Origin: an uncultured Bacteroidales bacterium
GTDB lineage: Bacteria > Bacteroidota > Bacteroidia > Bacteroidales > UBA10428
DNA: 44,650 nucleotides
Direction of reading: 5' to 3'
NCBI GenBank assembly: GCA_964580815.1
Contig: CAZOLY010000004.1
Span: forward strand, 1 to 44,650
Positions 9,000-20,023 of the stretch are shown piece after piece. The translations under genes were made by a program, and so were the position numbers. Position 1 is the first letter of the stretch, and each line of letters starts with the position of its first letter. The notes beneath the pieces were generated by a model, which worked only from the letters and a program-made list of their open reading frames with translations, searched no databases and had not been told where the DNA came from.

Positions 9000-10226
9000 T
9001 TATGAAAACATTGCCCGCGCTTTTTCAATGGCTTTACACAGAATATCGACCTCCCCCCTGGTGTTATACATTGCAAATGATGCCCTTATGGTACCATCAA
9101 TATTATATCTCTGCATTACCGGCTGCGCACAATGAGTCCCTGTTCTTACCGCCACCCCCATCTTGTCAAAGATCATTCCTGCATCATAAGGGTGAATATT
9201 ATCAATAAGGAACGACAATATTGAAATCTTGTTTTTTGCCGTTCCGTAAATTTTAATATCACCTGATTCCTCAATTCTCCCTGTTGCGTATTTCAGAAGT
9301 TCTGATTCATAAACCCCAATATTTTGCCTGCCAATGTCAGTAATATATTTAAGGGCTTCTCCAAGTGCTATGGCTCCGATATAATTTGTTGTTCCCGCCT
9401 CAAATTTGAAAGGAAGCTCATTATATGTAGTCTTCTCAAATGTGACATTTTCAACCATTTCTCCACCTCCCTGGAAAGGAAGCATCTCTTCAAGCCATTG
9501 TTCCTTCCCATATAACACTCCGATACCTGTAGGTCCGTATATCTTATGTCCTGAAAAAACAAAAAAATCACAATCCATCTTTTGAACGTCAACCTCAAGA
9601 TGCTGAACTGACTGGGCTCCATCGACCAAAACAGGAATATCCCTCATATGGGCTTTGCTAATAATATCTTCAACCGGATTAACTGTTCCAAGGGAATTTG
9701 AAACATGAATTACTGCAACTATTTTAGTTCTTTCATTTAATAATTTTTCATACTCTTCCATTATAAGCTCACCTTCATCAGTAAATGGTATTACCCTGAG
9801 GATTGCTTTTTTGCGTTCACAAAGCATTTGCCACGGGACAATATTGGAATGATGCTCCATGGCCGTGATTACAATTTCATCACCCTTATTAATATATTTC
9901 TCACCAAAAGAAAATGCCAGCCCGTTAATCGACCCTGTTGTTCCACTGGTAAAAATAATTTCCCGTGATGATTTGGCATTTATAAATTCCTGCACCGTAT
10001 TTCTTGCAATCTCATAAGATTCTGTAGCCTGTTCACTCAGGTAATGAAGACCCCTGTGTATACTACTATTCCTGCTAATATGAAAATTATTAATACAGTC
10101 AATAACACATGCCGGTTTTTGAGTTGTGGCTCCGTTGTCAAGATAAACCAGGGGTTTATTATATATTTTCCGGGTAAGAATCGGGAAATCTTTCCTGATT
10201 TTATAAACATCAAAATTCACAATCAC
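9000..10226 (-). CDS. sufS: Cysteine desulfurase SufS
   Basis: YLDNGATTQKP, MEHHSNIVPW, DGAQ, SGHKIYGPTG (PLP lysine) and RTGTHCAQP. Confidence 0.95.
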   Translation of the reverse strand: MIVNFDVYKIRKDFPILTRKIYNKPLVYLDNGATTQKPACVIDCINNFHISRNSSIHRGLHYLSEQATESYEIARNTVQEFINAKSSREIIFTSGTTGSINGLAFSFGEKYINKGDEIVITAMEHHSNIVPWQMLCERKKAILRVIPFTDEGELIMEEYEKLLNERTKIVAVIHVSNSLGTVNPVEDIISKAHMRDIPVLVDGAQSVQHLEVDVQKMDCDFFVFSGHKIYGPTGIGVLYGKEQWLEEMLPFQGGGEMVENVTFEKTTYNELPFKFEAGTTNYIGAIALGEALKYITDIGRQNIGVYESELLKYATGRIEESGDIKIYGTAKNKISILSFLIDNIHPYDAGMIFDKMGVAVRTGTHCAQPVMQRYNIDGTIRASFAMYNTRGEVDILCKAIEKARAMFS

Positions 10227-10243
10227 AAGTTTTAAATTTCACG

Positions 10244-11611
10244 CTAGCCACAACTAATGTTACAATCATTACACCTGCTTAACTCACCCCGGAGTCTTTT
10301 ATCCACAAGGTCAATTATACGTTCTTTGAGATAAGGAACACTAATCTTACTAATTATCTCATTTGCAAACGCATACATTAATAAATACTTTGCTTCTTTC
10401 TCACTTATGCCTCTTGTTTTAATATAGAATAATGCTTCATTATCAAGCTGTCCCACTGTGGCACCGTGGGAGCATTTTACATCGTCAGCATAAATCTCTA
10501 AATGAGGCTTTGTGTATATTTTAGCATCATCAGACAATAAAATATTGTTGTTTCTCTGAAAAGCTTCTGTTTTCTGGGCATCCGGACTAACATATATTTT
10601 GCCGTTAAATGATGCTGTAGCTTTATCATCGAGAATCCCTTTAAACAGCTGGTTACTTTTGCAGTATGGCTTTTCATGCCTGACATTGGTGAAGTTTGCC
10701 ACATGTTGCTGCTGATCACATAAGTAAAGTCCGTACAGGTTATTTTCTGATCCTTCCCCGTTCATACTGACAAAGACATTATTCCTTATTAATCCTCCAT
10801 GAAGCGATATCGTATTTGTTGTAACATTACTATTTTGCTTCTGGTTAATAAATGTGTTTGATATTTGTGTTGACAGGTTGTTTTCGTTTTGAATTTTAGA
10901 ATAATCAATGAATGAATTCTCATTAACATATAATTCTGTCAGAGAATTTGTTAAATAACTCTTTTTACAAAGGGTGTGGTCACATATAATTATACGTGCC
11001 TGTGAGTTTTCATCAGCTACAATAAGGTTACGGCGGAATATTCTCAAATTTTTAAAAGAATAACTGATATTGATAATCTGAAGGGGCTTTCCCAGTACTG
11101 TATTCTTTGGAATATGAATAAATACACCATCCTGGGCGAATAAAGTATTTAACGCTACGAGTCCGTCCTCCGAAGAACCGGCACTTGCAGAGTAATATTT
11201 GCTGAAAATTTCCGGGTATTTTATTGACGCTTCTGCGAAACCGCATACTGAAATATCTTCAGGCAATATTTGCGAGCCGTTTTCATTGTAATAAAACCCG
11301 TTTAAAAGAAGTATTACATAAGTATCCAGCTCAGGAACATCACAACGGAAAATATCCCTTAAATTAACTTTGAAGAAAGAATCATTAGTAAATTCAGATA
11401 CATAGTCACCTTTAAAAAAAGGCTCAATGTTGGTATACCTGTATGCTTCATTCTTTTTGTCAGGAATACCAAACATATCAAAATCCGATAATGCCTTTCC
11501 CCTGAAACTATTAACCCGGGCGCCTATATTGCTGTTGATGCTTGCCGCGTTACGATTATATAGCTCTATCAGTTCTTTTTTAATAGCGGTCAATATATCT
11601 GAATTGCTCAT
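10244..11611 (-). CDS. sufD: Fe-S cluster assembly protein SufD
   Basis: FNGKIYV..DAQKT, KPHLEIYADDVKCSHGATVGQL; lies between sufC and sufS. Confidence 0.95.
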   Translation of the reverse strand: MSNSDILTAIKKELIELYNRNAASINSNIGARVNSFRGKALSDFDMFGIPDKKNEAYRYTNIEPFFKGDYVSEFTNDSFFKVNLRDIFRCDVPELDTYVILLLNGFYYNENGSQILPEDISVCGFAEASIKYPEIFSKYYSASAGSSEDGLVALNTLFAQDGVFIHIPKNTVLGKPLQIINISYSFKNLRIFRRNLIVADENSQARIIICDHTLCKKSYLTNSLTELYVNENSFIDYSKIQNENNLSTQISNTFINQKQNSNVTTNTISLHGGLIRNNVFVSMNGEGSENNLYGLYLCDQQQHVANFTNVRHEKPYCKSNQLFKGILDDKATASFNGKIYVSPDAQKTEAFQRNNNILLSDDAKIYTKPHLEIYADDVKCSHGATVGQLDNEALFYIKTRGISEKEAKYLLMYAFANEIISKISVPYLKERIIDLVDKRLRGELSRCNDCNISCG

Positions 11612-11649
11612 ATGCCAACAAATAACAATCTTTAATTTAAATACATACT

Positions 11650-12393
11650 TTATTCTTCATCAAGCCAGTCGTAACCCTTCTCTTCCAGCTCACCCGCCAG
11701 CTCTTTTCCACCGGATTTCACGATCCTTCCTTTATACAGGATATGTACAAAATCCGGAATAATATAATCCAGGAGCCTTTGATAATGGGTTATCACTATC
11801 GTGGCATTATCCTTGCTTTTAAGTTTGTTTACCCCGTTAGCGACTATTTTCAAAGCATCAATATCGAGTCCCGAGTCAGTCTCATCAAGAATAGCAAGCT
11901 TAGGTTCCAGCAATGCCATCTGGAATATTTCGTTTTTCTTCTTCTCCCCTCCGGAAAATCCTTCATTTACCGATCTGTCAGTAAGCTTTGAATGAAGTCC
12001 GACCATTTCCTGCTTTTCCCTCATAATCTTTAGGAAGTCAGCTGCAGAGAGCGGCTCAAGGTTCCTGTACCTCCTTTGTTCATTTATTGCCGTCTTTAAG
12101 AAGTTCACCATTGTAACACCCGGGATCTCAACAGGATATTGAAATCCGAGGAATATGCCCTTCATCGCCCTGTCTTCAGGCGGCATGTCCAGCAGGTTAT
12201 CACCAAGATAAGTAATTGTACCCATGGTAATTTTCAGGGTGTCCCTCCCTACTATTGCAGATGCAAGAGTACTTTTGCCTGAGCCGTTCGGTCCCATTAT
12301 AGCATGTACCTCACCCTTATTAACCTTCAGATTAATACCTTTTAATATTTCTTTCCCGTTTATTGAAACCTTTAAATCCGTAATCTCCAGCAT
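11650..12393 (-). CDS. sufC: Fe-S cluster assembly ATPase SufC
   Basis: GPNGSGKST, FQYPVEIPGV, GFSGGEKKKNE and LDETDSGLDIDAL. Confidence 0.97.
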   Translation of the reverse strand: MLEITDLKVSINGKEILKGINLKVNKGEVHAIMGPNGSGKSTLASAIVGRDTLKITMGTITYLGDNLLDMPPEDRAMKGIFLGFQYPVEIPGVTMVNFLKTAINEQRRYRNLEPLSAADFLKIMREKQEMVGLHSKLTDRSVNEGFSGGEKKKNEIFQMALLEPKLAILDETDSGLDIDALKIVANGVNKLKSKDNATIVITHYQRLLDYIIPDFVHILYKGRIVKSGGKELAGELEEKGYDWLDEE

Positions 12394-12436
12394 ATTTTAA
12401 TGCAATATTAAATTGATATACTATAACTAATTATTA

Positions 12437-13885
12437 TCAACCCACACTGCCTTCAAGACTAATCTCTAATAATTTCCGGGCTTCGACAGCAAACTCCATA
12501 GGCAGCTTATTCAATACCTCCCTGGCATAGCCATTAACAATTAATCCGATTGCCTTCTCAGTATCTATGCCTCTCTGGTTACAGTAAAAGATCTGATCCT
12601 CACTGATCTTTGATGTTGTTGCCTCATGTTCAATTATGGCGGTATCATTATCCACTTCCAGGTAGGGGAAAGTATGTGCCCCGCATTTGTCGCTCAACAA
12701 TAAGGAATCACACTGTGAATAATTTCTGACATTCCTGGCATTTCTTGCCACCTTTACCAGTCCCCTGTAGCTATTCTGGCTATGGCCTGCAGAGATACCC
12801 TTTGATACTATTGTACTGCTTGAATTATCTCCCATATGGATCATCTTTGTGCCTGTATCGGCCTGCTGATAGTTATTTGTGACAGCTACTGAATAAAACT
12901 CACCTACCGTATTCCTGCCCTTAAGAATGCAACTTGGATATTTCCATGTTATGGCCGATCCTGTTTCAACCTGGGTCCACGATATTTTGGAATTATCACC
13001 CTTGCAAATGCCACGCTTGGTTACAAAATTATAAACTCCCCCCTTGCCCTGCTTGTCGCCAGGGTACCAGTTCTGTACAGTTGAATACTTTACTTCGGCA
13101 TTCTCCAGTGCTATTATTTCAACAATAGCGGCATGCAACTGGTTTTTATCTCTCATCGGGGCAGTACACCCTTCAAGATAACTGACATAACTGTCTTCTT
13201 CCGCAATTATTAATGTTCGTTCAAACTGGCCGGTATTGGCGGCATTTATTCTGAAATAAGTTGAAAGCTCCATCGGGCACCTTACTCCCCTGGGGATGAA
13301 ACAAAATGAACCGTCACTAAATACAGCGGAATTTAAAGCGGCAAAGAAATTATCTGAGTAAGGAACAACTGTTCCCATGTATTTTTTTATCAGGTCAGGA
13401 TGCTCATTTACTGCTTCGCCAAAAGAACAGAAAATTATTCCGAACTCGGCAAGTGTTTCACGGAATGTGGTCTTTACTGATACACTATCCATTACTGCAT
13501 CAACTGCTACACCCGTGATCCTTTTCTGTTCATCCAAAGGTATTCCAAGCCTGTCAAAGGTCCTCAGCAGCTCGGGATCCATCTTATCCGGACTCCCGGG
13601 TCCTGCCTTATACCTTGGAGCAGCATAATAAATAATGTCCTGGTAATCTATTTCAGGTAATTTAATATTTGCCCACCGGGGCATTTTCATTTTTAGCCAG
13701 TGCCGGTATGCTTTTAATCGAAATTCCATTAAAAATTCGGGTTCGTTTTTCTTTGCAGATATCTTCCTTACAATATCCTCATTCAACCCTTTTGGAAAAG
13801 TATCCGTTTCAATATCAGTAACAAACCCATACTTGTAATCACTGTTTGTTACTTCCGATAATATTTTGTCCTGCCCGTTTTCCAT
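12437..13885 (-). CDS. sufB: Fe-S cluster assembly protein SufB
   Basis: [37 protein letters not shown] and LPMEFAVEA. Confidence 0.97.
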   Translation of the reverse strand: MENGQDKILSEVTNSDYKYGFVTDIETDTFPKGLNEDIVRKISAKKNEPEFLMEFRLKAYRHWLKMKMPRWANIKLPEIDYQDIIYYAAPRYKAGPGSPDKMDPELLRTFDRLGIPLDEQKRITGVAVDAVMDSVSVKTTFRETLAEFGIIFCSFGEAVNEHPDLIKKYMGTVVPYSDNFFAALNSAVFSDGSFCFIPRGVRCPMELSTYFRINAANTGQFERTLIIAEEDSYVSYLEGCTAPMRDKNQLHAAIVEIIALENAEVKYSTVQNWYPGDKQGKGGVYNFVTKRGICKGDNSKISWTQVETGSAITWKYPSCILKGRNTVGEFYSVAVTNNYQQADTGTKMIHMGDNSSSTIVSKGISAGHSQNSYRGLVKVARNARNVRNYSQCDSLLLSDKCGAHTFPYLEVDNDTAIIEHEATTSKISEDQIFYCNQRGIDTEKAIGLIVNGYAREVLNKLPMEFAVEARKLLEISLEGSVG

Positions 13886-13934
13886 AATCCTGCAAAAATA
13901 ATAAATATTAAAGCTTAACGAATTTTATTTGTTT

Positions 13935-13957
13935 TTATTTAGATTTATTCTAAATAA
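13935..13957. promoter_or_regulatory. Palindromic operator (Fur/PerR-family-like) upstream of sufB
   Basis: Perfect 9-5-9 inverted repeat TTATTTAGA-TTTAT-TCTAAATAA, with a near-identical copy at 36304-36326. A Bacteroidota -7 element (TATATTTG, minus strand, 13960-13967) lies 2 bp away. Confidence 0.7.
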
Positions 13958-14030
13958 TACAAATATACAAAAACTATTTTAATTAATACAGATATTTGTT
14001 GATGAATAAAGCACAAATAAAGGTTACCCA

Positions 14031-15071
14031 ATGGCCGGCAGCTCTGAACATAATGAAGATATTTCAAGGTTAGGGGAATTTCCGCTTATTAAATACCTGA
14101 CGAGGAATATATCCTTAAAGAACAGGAGTTCACTGTTTGGGGTTGGCGATGATGCGGCAGTTCTTGATTATGGGCAAAAGCAGGTAATCATTACTACTGA
14201 TCTGCTGACAGAAGGAATTCATTTTAATCTGATTTACACTCCTTTGAAGCATTTGGGATATAAGGCAGCAGTGGTTAATTTTTCTGACGTATATGCAATG
14301 AATGCTCATCCCAGACAGATAGTTATTGCAATAGCTGTATCACGTAAGTTTACAACAACTATGATAGACGAAATATATTCCGGCATTTATCTTGCCTGTG
14401 AAAATTACGGAGTAGATGTTGTCGGCGGTGATACTTCATCATCTTTAACAGGTATGACAATTACAATAACGGCTGTGGGTGAGGCTAATAAGAAAGATAT
14501 AACATACAGGCACGGGGCAAAAGTTAATGATCTCATATGTGTATCGGGTGATTTGGGAGGTGCATATATGGGATTACAGTTGCTCGAGAGAGAAAAGGCA
14601 ATATTTGAAAAAGATACAAGCATTCAACCCGACCTTGAAGGTCATAAATATATTCTGGAAAGACAACTCAAGCCCGAGGCAAGGAAGGATATAATTCATC
14701 TCTTAAAAAAGCTTAAAATAAAACCTACATCAATGATTGATATTTCAGACGGACTTTCATCCGAGTTATTCCATATCTGTAATGAATCAAAGGCTGGCTG
14801 CAAAATATTTGCCGGTAAAGTTCCGATTAATCCTGAAACAGTAAAAATGGCTGAAGAATTTAATATCGACCCGCTGGTCGCTGCTCTTAATGGCGGTGAA
14901 GATTATGAGCTATTATTTACTATTCCTTTAAATAAGTTCGATGAGGCTGCCAGGAATCCGCAAATATCAGTTATTGGCCATATTACAGATATAAGTGAAG
15001 GCAAAACCATGATTAGCGATGACGGAAGATCAACAGAACTTAAATCACTGGGCTGGGATGCACTGAAATAA
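14031..15071 (+). CDS. thiL: Thiamine-monophosphate kinase
   Basis: GEF.LI, GVGDDAAV, LGYKAAVVNFSD..AM, GGDT, IDISDGL and GGEDYELLFT. Confidence 0.95.
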   Translation: MAGSSEHNEDISRLGEFPLIKYLTRNISLKNRSSLFGVGDDAAVLDYGQKQVIITTDLLTEGIHFNLIYTPLKHLGYKAAVVNFSDVYAMNAHPRQIVIAIAVSRKFTTTMIDEIYSGIYLACENYGVDVVGGDTSSSLTGMTITITAVGEANKKDITYRHGAKVNDLICVSGDLGGAYMGLQLLEREKAIFEKDTSIQPDLEGHKYILERQLKPEARKDIIHLLKKLKIKPTSMIDISDGLSSELFHICNESKAGCKIFAGKVPINPETVKMAEEFNIDPLVAALNGGEDYELLFTIPLNKFDEAARNPQISVIGHITDISEGKTMISDDGRSTELKSLGWDALK

Positions 15072-15085
15072 CCATATACAGTATA

Positions 15086-15880
15086 TTAACCGAAGAGATT
15101 CTCTCCCTGCTTTCCTTTTATTATGCCTCTCTTTGAGGATTCATAGAATTGAATTATTTCATCCCGTTCTTCAGATATCTTAAAATTATCCTGCAGAAAT
15201 TCCATTGCCTGTGAATTGTTCATGCCTTTATTGTAAATAATCCTGTATATTTCCTGTATCTCGTTAATTCTGTCATTCGAAAAATCCCTTCTTCGCAGTC
15301 CGACTGCATTGATACCTATGTAAGCCACCGGTATTCCTGCTGCTTTAATATAGGGAGGTACATCTATAAGGACTCCGCTTTTGCCACTAATAAACACATG
15401 TTTCCCGATCCTTGAAAACTGGTGGGCTACTGACATGCCCCCAATATAGGCCCAGTCACCTATTTCAACCTCCCCTGCAATTTGAACACAATTGGAAAGA
15501 ATAACATTATCGTGAATAATACAATCATGAGCGATATGAACATAGGCCATAAGCAGGCAGTTACTGCCAATGATGGTTTCCCCCTTTGCAGCAGTTCCAC
15601 GATTAATTGTGACACATTCCCTGATTGTTGTATTATTTCCAATTCTGGTAGTCGATTTTTCACCTTTAAACTTTAAGTCCTGGGGTATGGCTGAAATCAC
15701 CGCCCCGGGAAAAATGTTACAGCTCTTCCCTATTTTAGCCCCGTCCATAATTGTAACATTTGGTCCAATCCATGTCCCCTCATCAATTTCCACATCTTCG
15801 GCAATGGTAACAAATGATTCTATCACTACATTTTTCGCAATTTTGGCTTTGGGATGTATATTTGAAAATGATTTATTCAT
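15086..15880 (-). CDS. lpxA: UDP-N-acetylglucosamine O-acyltransferase
   Basis: Hexapeptide repeats; PQDLKF.GE, IRECVTINRGT and MAYVHIAHDC. Confidence 0.95.
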   Translation of the reverse strand: MNKSFSNIHPKAKIAKNVVIESFVTIAEDVEIDEGTWIGPNVTIMDGAKIGKSCNIFPGAVISAIPQDLKFKGEKSTTRIGNNTTIRECVTINRGTAAKGETIIGSNCLLMAYVHIAHDCIIHDNVILSNCVQIAGEVEIGDWAYIGGMSVAHQFSRIGKHVFISGKSGVLIDVPPYIKAAGIPVAYIGINAVGLRRRDFSNDRINEIQEIYRIIYNKGMNNSQAMEFLQDNFKISEERDEIIQFYESSKRGIIKGKQGENLFG

Positions 15881-15964
15881 AATGCTTAAGTTAATTCAGA
15901 ATACAGCAAGCCAGCATTTTTAAATTTTAGATCACTGATTTATTAATTAAGGCCATAAAGTTAA

Positions 15965-17365
15965 TTATTTTTCATGCTTTCTAACCATCTGGGCCATAAA
16001 ATCAGCTTCAATGACTAATTTATCCCCGACAAATCCCTGTCCGTATGTTAATGCGATACCTCTTCTTAACGGTTCCTTTAAGACCATTTTTATAAGAAGG
16101 GTGTCACCGGGTTCAACTTTTTGTTTGAACTTAACATTCTCGACTTTTAGAAAGTACAATGAATAGTTTTCAGGATCAGGAACAAAACTCATTAATAGAA
16201 TGCCCCCCACCTGGGCCATTGATTCGAGCTGCAAAACACCCGGCATAATCGGTTCATCGGGGAAGTGCCCTGAAAAGAAAGGCTCATTCATAGTAAGATT
16301 CTTCACACCGCATATGGTCCAGTTATCCATATGTGTAATTTTATCTACAAGCAGGAATGGCGGCCGATGTGGTAACATACTCATTATTTTTTTTACATCA
16401 AATAAGGGGGGCTTACTCGGATCATATTCCGGGGGAGTCGGTTTTGAAAGGACGGTTTTAATTTTCTTTCTGAGTATTTTTGTAAACTCCGTATTTACAT
16501 AATGTCCGGGCTTGGTGGCGATTATTTTCCCTTTAATCTGAACGCCAAGCAGGGCCAGATCACCCAATAAATCAAGCAACTTATGCCTGGCCGGTTCGTT
16601 GGGGTAATAGAGTTCAAGATTATTTAGTATCCCCTCAGACCTTACTTTAATTTTAGGCTTATTAAATAAAACTGCCAGCCTGTCAAGCTCATCCTGTGAT
16701 ACTTTACGATCTATAATAACAATTGCATTATCTAAATCACCCCCCTTAATCAAATTATTTTTCTGCAGATATTCAAGTTCGTGTAAGAAAACAAATGTTC
16801 TGCACCGTGCAATTTCTTCACTAAAATTAGAAAAGTCTCTAAATGTGGCGTACTGATTCCCCAGCACTTTTGAATTATAATCAATATGTACATCCAGGCT
16901 AAAATCCTCGTCAGGATATCCGACAATTTCAAGTCCGTTTTTTTTGTCTTTAAAAGCGACCTTTTCCTTTAACACATAATATTTGCGTTCTGAATTCTGT
17001 TCTTTAATGCCCACATTAAGGATAGCCTGGACAAAATATTTTGAGCTCCCGTCCATAATAGGCACCTCGGGTCCGTTTAATTCAATAAGGGCATTATCTA
17101 TACCAAGTCCGTACAGTGATGCCAGGACATGTTCAATGGTTACTATCTGAACATTATTTTCTTTCAGTGATGTCCCTCTTTCAGTAGTATCAACATTTTC
17201 AGCCAGAGCCCTGACCAATGGTTTATCTTTCAGGTCTACACGTTTAAATATATAACCATGATTTGCCGGGGCCGGTTTAATTGTCACTTCAGCATTTAAT
17301 CCCGTATGAAGACCACTTCCCCTGATACTGACCGGCTTTGAAATCGTTCTTTGATTTTCAGACAT
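15965..17365 (-). CDS. lpxC-fabZ: Bifunctional LpxC deacetylase / FabZ dehydratase
   Basis: LpxC motifs GLHTG, TIEH.LA, PIMDGS and HKLLDLLGDL are followed by FabZ motifs LPHRPPFLLVDK and FFSGHFP.EPIMPGVL. Confidence 0.95.
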   Translation of the reverse strand: MSENQRTISKPVSIRGSGLHTGLNAEVTIKPAPANHGYIFKRVDLKDKPLVRALAENVDTTERGTSLKENNVQIVTIEHVLASLYGLGIDNALIELNGPEVPIMDGSSKYFVQAILNVGIKEQNSERKYYVLKEKVAFKDKKNGLEIVGYPDEDFSLDVHIDYNSKVLGNQYATFRDFSNFSEEIARCRTFVFLHELEYLQKNNLIKGGDLDNAIVIIDRKVSQDELDRLAVLFNKPKIKVRSEGILNNLELYYPNEPARHKLLDLLGDLALLGVQIKGKIIATKPGHYVNTEFTKILRKKIKTVLSKPTPPEYDPSKPPLFDVKKIMSMLPHRPPFLLVDKITHMDNWTICGVKNLTMNEPFFSGHFPDEPIMPGVLQLESMAQVGGILLMSFVPDPENYSLYFLKVENVKFKQKVEPGDTLLIKMVLKEPLRRGIALTYGQGFVGDKLVIEADFMAQMVRKHEK

Positions 17366-17456
17366 CTAAAACAAAAAAATTATTATAATATATAAATTCG
17401 CAAAAATTTAATGCGAAATATATAAAAAAATATGAAATCAGGATAAAAAGAAATTT

Positions 17457-18500
17457 TTATTTTTCTTTTTCACGCAGTTTTTTAACCTCGTCTTCCAGGT
17501 TATTTATCCTTTTGAGAAGTTCGGGCAGATTTCTGTAAATAGCTACCACTCTTCTTTTGGTATGTATATTGAGTGCAGGAGAGCCCAAAACAATTTCCCC
17601 CTCTTTACTGATATTATTTGTAACACCTGACTGTGCTCCTATTTTTACATCATCAGCAATCTTTAAATGTCCGACAATGCCCGCCTGTGCAGCTATCATA
17701 ACATCTTTCCCAATTTTAGTTGAGCCTGCAATACCGGACTGTGCTGCAATGACAGTGTTCTCTCCAATTTCAACATTATGTGCCACCTGTATCAGATTAT
17801 CCAGTTTAACTCCTTGCCTGAGAATAGTAGAGCCTATGGTTGCCCTGTCGATGCATGAATTTGCTCCTATCTCAACATTATCTTCTATAATAACATTACC
17901 TATCTGTTGAATCTTTTTATAATTACTGTCTTTTTGCGGGACAAAACCAAAACCATCACTGCCAATGATAACTCCGGAATGTATCACGCAGTCAGCACCT
18001 ATAACACAATCATGATATATGTTAACTCCCGGATTAATGACCGTATTATTATTTATTGTCACATTATCACCAATATAAGCATGCGGATAAATCTTGACAT
18101 TATCACCCAGGATTACTTTATCGCCAATATATACAAAAGCCCCGATATATACGTCTTTGCCTATTTTGGAAGTTTCACTTATTACAGCCATATCGTGAAT
18201 TCCCTTTTTCTGCGGCACTGATTGAACATACATATCCAGAAGGGAGGCAAATGCCTTGTAAGCATCATCAACTCTGATTAAAGTGCTTTTTACATCTTTA
18301 TCAATCTTCAAGTTCTTATTTACCAGAACTATAGATGCATTTGTTGTAAAAAGATATTTTTCATACTTCGGATTTGCAAGGAATGCTAAAGTTCCTGTTC
18401 TTCCCTCTTCAATCCTTGATATATCAGACACTTTTACATCCGGATCTCCAAGTATTTCTCCTTTTAAAATTTCTGCTATTGCTTTTGCGGTAAATTCCAT
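17457..18500 (-). CDS. lpxD: UDP-3-O-(3-hydroxyacyl)glucosamine N-acyltransferase
   Basis: [24 protein letters not shown] and [12 protein letters not shown]. Start set at ATG 18500. Confidence 0.95.
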   Translation of the reverse strand: MEFTAKAIAEILKGEILGDPDVKVSDISRIEEGRTGTLAFLANPKYEKYLFTTNASIVLVNKNLKIDKDVKSTLIRVDDAYKAFASLLDMYVQSVPQKKGIHDMAVISETSKIGKDVYIGAFVYIGDKVILGDNVKIYPHAYIGDNVTINNNTVINPGVNIYHDCVIGADCVIHSGVIIGSDGFGFVPQKDSNYKKIQQIGNVIIEDNVEIGANSCIDRATIGSTILRQGVKLDNLIQVAHNVEIGENTVIAAQSGIAGSTKIGKDVMIAAQAGIVGHLKIADDVKIGAQSGVTNNISKEGEIVLGSPALNIHTKRRVVAIYRNLPELLKRINNLEDEVKKLREKEK

Positions 18501-18515
18501 AAAAAAAAGTTTGCG

Positions 18516-18523
18516 CAAAACTA
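18516..18523 (-). promoter_or_regulatory. Bacteroidota -7 promoter element for lpxD
   Basis: TAGTTTTG (TAnnTTTG), followed by C, 15 nt upstream of the ATG. Confidence 0.45.
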
Positions 18524-18617
18524 ATCATTATATAGTTAACTTAATCATAAATATAGAACTTTATTTATGTTAATTAACTTGTTAGCTTATATTTCATACG
18601 TGAAATGCTATTTCAAA

Positions 18618-19883
18618 TTAGTCTCCCATTTTTATATTTTCTGAAATAAAATCAGGATAGCACAAAAAATATTTCTTCACTATTTTCGATAAAACTGAGA
18701 CATTAAAAATATCCGAAGCGTCGACTATATCTTTTGTTTCTCCCGATTTGTACAATATTTTAATTTTATCATCCAGTTCACTATATGCTTTATTGGATAT
18801 GCTGCCTGTGAAAACAATATAAATAATATCTTTAATATCCCACCCGGTAGTATTTGCAGCTTGCCTGCTTATATCATCCAGATAACTCTTTTTAAAAGGT
18901 TGTTCCTGGATAATAACTTTCGGAAGCTTTCTGTTAATCAGGTTTCCGGAAAGAGTTGAGAGTACTTTGTCGGTGTGATTAATCCATGCCTTTATCGATA
19001 CAATAATATCGTTATCATCTAAATTCACAAAATTTGCGATTATATCATCTCTTTTCAGGTAAAAATTTTTTTTGGTAATGTCATTCCTGAAAAAATACCT
19101 GAGTCCATTTGCAGCAAACAGTTTTTTATCATTGCAGGCCACATATTTTGCCCTGTGCAGCACTTTTACCACAAGATTTTCGGCAGCCAGCACCGTCTTA
19201 TGCAAATATACCTGCCAGAACATAAGCCTTCTTGCTATAAGGAAATTTTCAATTGAATATATGCCCTTTGCCTCTACAACAAGGTTATCATCAACAACGT
19301 TCAGCATCTTTATAATCCTGTCAGAACCTATAATTCCTTCGGAAACACCGGTATAAAAACTGTCTCTCTTAAGGTAGTCCAGCCTGTCCATATCCAGCTG
19401 GCTCGACACCAGCTGGTGCAAAAATTTTTTATGGTAATGATTATTGAATATTCTCAGGGCCAAATCGAGTTTCCCATTGAATTCCCGGTTTAATTTATCC
19501 ATTAATATTGTGGATATATCTTCATGATTAAAATTTTCAATAATGCTCTGCTCCAGGGCATGTGAGAACGGACCATGTCCTATGTCATGCAAGAGTATAG
19601 CAATTGTTGCTGCTTCAGCTTCTTCGTCAGTTATTTCCAATCCTTTAAGGCGAATGTTTTGAATTGCCATACCCATCAGGTGAGCTGCCCCCAAAGCGTG
19701 TTGAAAACGCGTATGCATAGCTCCCGGATAAACATAGCTCGTTAATCCCAGCTGTCTGATTCTCCTTAACCGCTGAAAAAACGGATGTTCAATGATCTCA
19801 TAAATAAAAGCCGAAGGTATTTTGATAAATCCATGTACCGGATCGTTAATTATCTTTCTTTTATCGGCGGCTGAAGAATTCAC
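18618..19883 (-). CDS. HD-domain phosphohydrolase (dNTPase-like family)
   Basis: DPVHG, FQRLRRIRQLG, HTRFQHALG, LLHDIGHGPFSH and DMDRLDYLKRD. Confidence 0.9.
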   Translation of the reverse strand: MNSSAADKRKIINDPVHGFIKIPSAFIYEIIEHPFFQRLRRIRQLGLTSYVYPGAMHTRFQHALGAAHLMGMAIQNIRLKGLEITDEEAEAATIAILLHDIGHGPFSHALEQSIIENFNHEDISTILMDKLNREFNGKLDLALRIFNNHYHKKFLHQLVSSQLDMDRLDYLKRDSFYTGVSEGIIGSDRIIKMLNVVDDNLVVEAKGIYSIENFLIARRLMFWQVYLHKTVLAAENLVVKVLHRAKYVACNDKKLFAANGLRYFFRNDITKKNFYLKRDDIIANFVNLDDNDIIVSIKAWINHTDKVLSTLSGNLINRKLPKVIIQEQPFKKSYLDDISRQAANTTGWDIKDIIYIVFTGSISNKAYSELDDKIKILYKSGETKDIVDASDIFNVSVLSKIVKKYFLCYPDFISENIKMGD

Positions 19884-19967
19884 AATTTATTTATAATAAT
19901 AGTTCAAAATAAAAATTATTGCAAAAATTACAAATTAATTTCAAACATTAAATTATGAATAAGTTAT

Positions 19968-19998
19968 TTTGTCAATTAAACTATTATTGTTAGCTTTG
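19968..19998 (+). promoter_or_regulatory. Bacteroidota primary-sigma promoter of rimP-nusA-infB
   Basis: TTTG (19968-19971), N19 spacer, TAGCTTTG (19991-19998): a canonical -33/-7 arrangement. Confidence 0.7.
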
Positions 19999-20023
19999 CA
20001 TAGGATTTTTTGATGATTTGATG

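Noticed and set aside
15965-17365. LpxC-FabZ fusion as a novelty
   Set aside because: This is the standard arrangement in Bacteroidota.
18618-19883. HD-domain dNTPase-like gene as an anti-phage system
   Set aside because: It sits directly upstream of lpxD in a housekeeping context, with no defence-associated neighbours.
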